A stretch of 64,000 nt of DNA from Bacteroidota bacterium (GTDB lineage: Bacteria; Bacteroidota; Ignavibacteria; SZUA-365). Below the pieces are notes generated by a model. The model had not been told where the DNA came from. It saw only the letters and a program-made list of their open reading frames with translations, and searched no databases. This document shows positions 58,392 through 64,000 of this stretch, one piece after another (the stretch's first letter is position 1; each line of letters opens with the position of its first letter). The position numbers and the translations under genes were made by a program. Location: the NCBI GenBank assembly GCA_049663345.1, contig JBATDG010000053.1, forward strand, positions 42,166 to 106,165, in the 5' to 3' direction.

Positions 58392-59180
58392 TTGATGAAA
58401 CGTCCCCTGATTCTGGTTTCGAACGACGACGGTTATGATTCCCCCGGTATTTATGCGCTGGTAATGTCGCTGCGGCGCATCGCAGATGTGGTTGTGGTCG
58501 CACCTGCGACACAGCAAAGCGCGGTCGGACACGCCATCACGGTGCAGACGCCCCTGCGTGCGCGTCCCATCGAGCGCGGTGCGAATTTCACCGGCTGGGC
58601 TGTCGAGGGTACTCCGGCGGACAGCGTCAAGCTCGGGGTTTCCACGCTGCTGAAGCGGAAGCCCGACCTGGTAGTCTCGGGCATCAACCACGGCATGAAC
58701 ACTTCGATCAACGTCATTTATTCCGGCACAGTCTCCGCTGCGACCGAAGGCGCCGTGCTGGGCATTCCCGCAATCGCCATGTCGCTGGCTTCGCATTCGC
58801 TGAAAGCGGACATGAGCGTCGCCGCTGCATTCGCAAGAAAAATTGCCACAGAAGTACTAAAGCGCGGACTTCCGAAAGGGACTCTTCTCAACGTGAACGT
58901 ACCGGATGTGCCGGCCGCCAAGCTCGCGGGAGTTGCAGTGACGAAACAAGGTCGTTCTTCATGGGACGATGGCTTCGAAACGCGTCAGGATCCGGTGGGA
59001 CGCGAGTACTACTGGCTTGTCGGGAAGTATGTATCGGACAACAATCCCCTCGTAGATGACGCCGCCCTGCAGAAGAACATGATTTCCGTCACTCCCCTGC
59101 ATTACAATCTCACGGACGATCAGCTGTTTGCGGATATGCAGAGCTGGAATGTCGGGAAGATGTATTCGCCGAAACGCTAG
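58392..59180 (+). CDS. surE: 5'/3'-nucleotidase SurE
   Basis: N-terminal ILVSNDDGYDSPGI and the GINHGMN(T)S motif. Confidence 0.9.
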   Translation: MMKRPLILVSNDDGYDSPGIYALVMSLRRIADVVVVAPATQQSAVGHAITVQTPLRARPIERGANFTGWAVEGTPADSVKLGVSTLLKRKPDLVVSGINHGMNTSINVIYSGTVSAATEGAVLGIPAIAMSLASHSLKADMSVAAAFARKIATEVLKRGLPKGTLLNVNVPDVPAAKLAGVAVTKQGRSSWDDGFETRQDPVGREYYWLVGKYVSDNNPLVDDAALQKNMISVTPLHYNLTDDQLFADMQSWNVGKMYSPKR

Positions 59181-60184
59181 GAAACAGAATTCGCCAGAAA
59201 GTTGCGCAGCTCGCGGGCACATTGCTCGGGCGGGGCGGGATTGATGTAGATGCCGCTGCCCATCTCGAAGCCGGCAGGTGTGGAGAGACGCGGAACTATC
59301 ACCATATACCAGTGCAGGTATCGAACGTCTTCGTCGCCCACAGGTGATGTGCGCACGATCAGGTTATAGCTCGGATTGCCCAGCAGTCCATGCATGGAAC
59401 GCAGACAGAGCTGCAGCGCCTCGGCCATGTCGCCGAATTCTTCTTTCGGACTCCAGAAAAAACTCGCGTTGTGTACGCGGGGATAGATGCGCAGTTCATA
59501 AGGCGTGCGCGAGGCGAAGGGACAAAACACCACATAATGTTCATTCTCAAACACCATGCGTTCCTGCTGCCGAATTTCCTCATGCATGAGATCGCAATAG
59601 ACACAGCTGCCGTAGCTGTCGTAATGCAGCGCGGCTTTCTGAAAAGGATCCCGGATATTCGGCGGGATGATTGGCGATGCTATAATCTGCGAATGCGGAT
59701 GCTCGAGAGAGGTACCTGCATGGGGTCCCCAATTCCGGAACAGCATGACAATCGCGATGTTCGACATCATGCTGATTTCCGCCATCCGTCTGCGGTACAT
59801 TCGAAGAAGTTCGTGCAGGTGTTCAAATTCCATCGTTGCGAGCGTGTCGTTGTGGCGGGGTGATTCGATTATGACTTCCGCATGTCCATAGCTGCCGCTT
59901 TTCAGGAAGAGTCCGTGCTGCTCGCGCTGCACTGAGGCATCGCTGCTCAATGCACTGTATTTGTTCTGCACCACGCGCATGAGCCAGCGGCCATCGCGAC
60001 TCCGCCGCAGCAGTTCGCTTCCTGTGAGAGCTTCATTGCCTAAACAAAAAGGACAATCTCCCCGAAATATCGGAGGGACAGGTCTCGCTTCCTCCCGGTT
60101 TGAAAAATCATAAGGGCGCTGATCGCGTCCGGGCGCGATAATCACCCATTCCTTCGTCGCGAGATTCTGTCTGAATTCCGACAT
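59177..60184 (-). CDS. Galactose-1-phosphate uridylyltransferase-like (GalT/HIT superfamily nucleotidyltransferase)
   Basis: Zn-site CPFC and a HxHxQ active-site motif (EHPHSQI). Two half-domains. Confidence 0.75.
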   Translation of the reverse strand: MSEFRQNLATKEWVIIAPGRDQRPYDFSNREEARPVPPIFRGDCPFCLGNEALTGSELLRRSRDGRWLMRVVQNKYSALSSDASVQREQHGLFLKSGSYGHAEVIIESPRHNDTLATMEFEHLHELLRMYRRRMAEISMMSNIAIVMLFRNWGPHAGTSLEHPHSQIIASPIIPPNIRDPFQKAALHYDSYGSCVYCDLMHEEIRQQERMVFENEHYVVFCPFASRTPYELRIYPRVHNASFFWSPKEEFGDMAEALQLCLRSMHGLLGNPSYNLIVRTSPVGDEDVRYLHWYMVIVPRLSTPAGFEMGSGIYINPAPPEQCARELRNFLANSVS

Positions 60185-60275
60185 GACGCTTTCCTCGATG
60201 TGCGGGATTTCGTACTCGGAAATCTAGAATTTCCTATATTCGTTCACAACTGTTCAATTATAATTTTCGGGTCCC

Positions 60276-61658
60276 ATGCTTGATCAGTTTGCCGACCTGC
60301 TGAAAGACGTTATTTCCGGACAGCACATTTTCCGCGACAGCTGGCCGCCCTTCTCCGATGATCCTTCCCTGCGCATCGACGATGACCGGCTGCGGACGGC
60401 GCTGCACGGATTACAGGAACGGCTGGAGGACAACTATCCTTTCTTTCATCCGATGTATGCGGGACAGATGCTCAAGCCGCCGCACCCGGCTGCTGTGCTG
60501 GGCTACCTCGCCGCGATGCTCATCAATCCGAATAATCACGCGCTGGATGGGGGGCCGGCCACGGGACAGATCGAGAAGGAACTGGTCGTGGACCTCGCAA
60601 AGATGTTCGGCTTCACCGATCACCTCGGACATCTGACCAGCAGCGGCACTATCGCGAATCTCGAAGCGCTGTGGGTTGCCCGGCAGCTGCATCCCGACCG
60701 CGCGGTCGCGTATTCCGCTCAGGCGCATTACACTCATCCGCGCATGAGTGAAGTGCTGGGACTTCGCGCCGTTGAAGTGCCGACCGACCAAAATGGACGC
60801 ATGGATCTCGATGCACTGAACAAGCTCTGTCTCTCCGAAAGCATCGGCACTGTGGTGGCTACGCTCGGAACGACCGCGCTCGGAGCGATCGATCCCTTGC
60901 AGGGAATACTTGAGCTCGGTGCGCGGCATGGCTTCCGCGTGCATGTGGATGCCGCCTACGGCGGATTTTTCCGTCTGATCGCTGACGGCAGCACCGACGG
61001 AATTCATGCCGGCGCGTTCGGCGCAATGGGCGGAGCCGACAGCATTGTCGTTGATCCGCACAAACACGGACTGCAGCCCTACGGCTGCGGCTGCGTACTG
61101 TTTCGCGATCCCTCTGTCGGCAGATTCTACAAACACGATTCCCCATACACGTATTTCACTTCCACAGATCTACATCTCGGAGAAATCAGTCTTGAATGTT
61201 CCCGCGCCGGCGCTTCGGCAGCAGGGCTTTGGATGACTCTGCAGGTACTGCCGCTCGACGCGCATGACGGGCTGGGCGCCGTGCTCCGCCGCTGCCGACT
61301 CGCCGCGCTGAACTTCGCCGATCTTCTGCGGACGTCGTCGCAGCTTTCCCTTCTTCTCGAACCTGAACTGGACATCGTGGTCTTTTTCCCGGACGCTGAA
61401 GAGCGCTCGGCCTCGGCCATCTCCCGCCGAAGCGATGCGCTGTTCGAGCGGGCAATGAACGACAGAGAAAACCCCGTTTATCTGAGCAAGCTGCGGGTGA
61501 AGACGTCCATGCTGCGTGCACGGTATCCCGACGTGCGCGACGATGCTGAGTGGACCACCGTTCTCCGCAGTGTCTTGATGAAGCCCGAGCACGCGGACTG
61601 GGTGGAACAGATTCACGCGACGATTGAAGAATATCTCGAAAACTGTCCTGACGAATAA
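60276..61658 (+). CDS. PLP-dependent group II amino-acid decarboxylase (aromatic/glutamate/diaminobutyrate decarboxylase family)
   Basis: PLP-lysine motif DPHKHG (SIVVDPHKHGLQPYGCGCVLFRD) and Gly-rich SSGTIANLEALWVAR. Confidence 0.8.
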   Translation: MLDQFADLLKDVISGQHIFRDSWPPFSDDPSLRIDDDRLRTALHGLQERLEDNYPFFHPMYAGQMLKPPHPAAVLGYLAAMLINPNNHALDGGPATGQIEKELVVDLAKMFGFTDHLGHLTSSGTIANLEALWVARQLHPDRAVAYSAQAHYTHPRMSEVLGLRAVEVPTDQNGRMDLDALNKLCLSESIGTVVATLGTTALGAIDPLQGILELGARHGFRVHVDAAYGGFFRLIADGSTDGIHAGAFGAMGGADSIVVDPHKHGLQPYGCGCVLFRDPSVGRFYKHDSPYTYFTSTDLHLGEISLECSRAGASAAGLWMTLQVLPLDAHDGLGAVLRRCRLAALNFADLLRTSSQLSLLLEPELDIVVFFPDAEERSASAISRRSDALFERAMNDRENPVYLSKLRVKTSMLRARYPDVRDDAEWTTVLRSVLMKPEHADWVEQIHATIEEYLENCPDE

Positions 61659-61887
61659 TCGGTTTCTCTGCTGCTGGAAAGCGCAGCAGCACGAATCCAT
61701 GCCCTCGCCTGAAGGGCTCATAAGAGGCTCGATTTCCCAACCAGGGAGCCGTCATTTTTTCTGCACGCGGGAACCTATCGTTCCGCCGGAATCGTTGTGC
61801 AATTTCCGGCGATTGAGCGTTTTTTCGCGAAACGCATGCGTCACCCGAAGCACGGGGCCCGGATTATCACTTATTGTGTGAGCATCC

Positions 61888-62379
61888 ATGTACACTCTGC
61901 GCAGAGATTTAACGATACGCACTTCGCTTTCGGATGCCTGGAATTTTATCAGTCGTCCGGAAAACCTCAACCTGATCACTCCGGACAATCTGAAATTCCG
62001 GATTCTTTCTGACGTCCCGGATCTCATGTATAATGGCCTGCTGATCCGCTACTCCGTCGGCATTCCCTTTCTCGGATCGCAGAACTGGCTGACTGAAATC
62101 CGGCACATCCGAGATCACCACTCCTTCGTTGATGAGCAGCGCATCGGACCGTATCGCTTCTGGCATCATCGGCATGTCATCGAAGAAACCGACAACGGCA
62201 TCCGTTTTACGGACGAGGTCACATACGAACTTCCCTTCTCTTTCCTTGGCCGCATTGTACACGTCTTATTCGTGCGCGGCATGCTCACACGCATCTTCGA
62301 TTTTCGCGCACAGGCGATGAAGAAGTATTTCGAATCAAAAACTGAGACCTTCAACCCTGTCCCGGGAGCACAATCATGA
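61888..62379 (+). CDS. SRPBCC-superfamily (Bet v1-like/polyketide cyclase-like) protein
   Basis: 163 aa with the typical RFWHHRHVIEE / IRFTDEVTYELPF pattern of COG4276-type SRPBCC proteins. Confidence 0.55.
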   Translation: MYTLRRDLTIRTSLSDAWNFISRPENLNLITPDNLKFRILSDVPDLMYNGLLIRYSVGIPFLGSQNWLTEIRHIRDHHSFVDEQRIGPYRFWHHRHVIEETDNGIRFTDEVTYELPFSFLGRIVHVLFVRGMLTRIFDFRAQAMKKYFESKTETFNPVPGAQS

Positions 62380-62882
62380 TTCGTCACCACTGCACCTATT
62401 TTGCATTCCTCCTTCTTGCCGGGACCCTTCTTCTCGGCACCCCTTCCCTGCAGGCACAGAGTGAACGTTCTGGAAATCCGCAGAGTGCTGCAGCCAAGTC
62501 GACTGCAAAAACGGAAAAGCTTGGAAGCCTCACTGTGCGCATCGGCGGTATTGAAGATTTCAAAGGAAAGCTGATGATCGGTCTATATGACGATCCGGCG
62601 AAATTCCCCAACGACAACGGGGAGGCACGCGGCGGCTCGGTTCGCGTCACTGGTCCGGAACATTCCTTCACGTTCAAGGACGTCCCTTACGGCAGCTATG
62701 CGATTGCCGTCCTCCACGACGCAAATGAAAACGGTGAGATGGATGTCAACTGGCTGGGAATGCCGAAAGAAGGATATGCATTCTCCAATAATGCGACAGC
62801 GATGTTCAGCGCGCCTGATTTCAAAGACGCCCGTTTTGTGGTGAATGGCGACGTGACGATAAAAATCACGATGACGTACTGA
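62376..62882 (+). CDS. DUF2141-family periplasmic protein
   Basis: Signal peptide. Family-like segments (GKLMIGLYDD...F, WLGMPKEGYAFSNNA...PDFKDA.F). Start overlaps the previous stop (ATGA). Confidence 0.55.
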   Translation: MIRHHCTYFAFLLLAGTLLLGTPSLQAQSERSGNPQSAAAKSTAKTEKLGSLTVRIGGIEDFKGKLMIGLYDDPAKFPNDNGEARGGSVRVTGPEHSFTFKDVPYGSYAIAVLHDANENGEMDVNWLGMPKEGYAFSNNATAMFSAPDFKDARFVVNGDVTIKITMTY

Positions 62883-62919
62883 CGACGGATTGATCTTACT
62901 TCACAGAAGAATACAGGCA

Positions 62920-64000
62920 TGAACATGAGCGGACAGCAGAAAAAAATCATTGTGATCGGCGCTGGACTGGGCGGAATGTCGGCAGCGATTTCGCTGGCTG
63001 CAGAAGGATACGACGTCGAGATCTTCGAAAAGAACGACAAGGTGGGAGGCAAGCTCAACATACTCCACCGCGACGGATTCACGTTTGATATGGGTCCCTC
63101 GATTCTCACACTGCCGCAGATTTTCGAGGACCTCTTCGCCCGGGCCGGAGAATCCTTCGCAGACTCCCTCCCGCTGCGGGATCTCGATCCGCAGTGGCGG
63201 AATTTCTTTGAAGACGGCAGGACCTTCGATCTGTTTTTCGACCAGGATAAAATGCGCGCGGAAGTACGCCGCTTCGATCCATCGATAGAGAAAGGATTTT
63301 TCGATTTCATCGAGTATTCCGGTCGCCAGTACGATTTCATCGAGAAGGGATATTTCAAGCACGGGCTCGACACCATCCGGGATTTTGCGCGTTTCTATCC
63401 GCTCAGCGATATGAAGGATTTCGATCTGCTGCGCACGATGCATCAGTCGACGAAGCGTTTTATCAAAAACGATCAGGTCGTCGATGTGATGGATTATTTC
63501 ATCAAGTACGTCGGCTCCTCCGCCCTTGTCTCCCCCGGCTTCATGAATCTGATGCCCACCATCCAGTTCCGCTTCAAGCTCTGGTACATCGATGGCGGCA
63601 TGTATCTTCTCGCCAACGCGATGAAGAAGCTCCTCGACAAACTCGGTGTGCGTGTGCATCTCGGTGCGGAAGTGGCGCGCATGACAAAGCAGGGGCGCAC
63701 GATTTCAGGCATCGAACTCAAGAGCGGCGAACAGGTACCGGCGGATTACGTTGTCTCCAACATGGAGACCCTCCCCGCCTACGAAAAACTTCTGGGCGAA
63801 GATGCGCAGTTCATGAATACGATTAAGCGCTTCGAGCCTGCGTGTTCCGGATTGATTCTCGACCTCGGTGTCAGCAAACGTTATCCCCAACTCGCGCATC
63901 ACAACTTTTTCTTTTCAAAAGATCAGCGGAAGCATTTCAACACCGTGTTCAAGAAACACGAACTTCCGGAAGATCCGACGATCTATCTCGTGGCTGCTTC
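62920..64000 (+). CDS. Phytoene desaturase-family FAD-dependent oxidoreductase (CrtI/CrtD-like), 5' portion; continues past the window end
   Basis: N-terminal FAD fold KKIIVIGAGLGGMSAAISLAAEGYDVEIFEKNDKVGGK. CrtI-family similarity runs over about 360 aa with no stop before 64000. Confidence 0.8.

Noticed and set aside
61659-61887. Hairpin TGCTGCTG-gaaagcg-CAGCAGCA just after the decarboxylase stop and ORF 61624..61881
   Set aside because: The stem is followed by a GC-rich rather than U-rich tail, which is weak support for an intrinsic terminator. The 85-aa ORF overlaps the decarboxylase 3' end and looks spurious.

Overview
This is a GC-rich (~58%) chromosomal segment from an FCB-group bacterium (Bacteroidota/Rhodothermota/Ignavibacteriota-like). 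That placement is inferred from three things read in the sequence: type IX secretion (T9SS) C-terminal sorting domains, an SprA-sized 2532-aa outer-membrane protein, and a conserved ftsK-lolA arrangement. Most of the window is housekeeping: dapA-dapB plus an M20 deacylase and LD-carboxypeptidase, ftsK-lolA, gcvT, transaldolase, queD, an lptF/lptG pair, ybaB-recR, recQ, surE, and a galT-like gene. There is also an NSS-family transporter, a TonB-dependent receptor with a partner lipoprotein, and an OmpA/TSP3 outer-membrane protein. T9SS-related content is prominent. It comprises the SprA translocon candidate (33619..41217), a giant 3022-aa T9SS cargo with Ig-like repeats (15233..24301), an FG-GAP-repeat cargo (54020..55741), and the tail of another cargo at the left edge (1..102). 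The most interesting non-obvious signal is an exact sigma-54 (-24/-12) promoter at 44453..44468. It has upstream palindromic half-sites and lies about 290 nt before a strong intrinsic terminator, with no convincing ORF between them, so it is a candidate sigma-54-dependent sRNA or small basic protein. An NtrC-family activator is encoded elsewhere in the window. Other things worth a second look are listed in the findings. One is a yefM-yoeB toxin-antitoxin pair with an unusual K/A/P-rich open spacer or extension. Another is a translationally coupled PPK2 - S9 peptidase - MutS-domain membrane ATPase operon. A third is an overlapping ECF sigma / anti-sigma / YbjQ triad. There are also tandem paralogous lipoproteins joined by a Pro/Arg-rich repeat, SprA insertions, and an extended RecQ. 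Many long antisense ORFs in the six-frame track are high-GC artefacts and were rejected.
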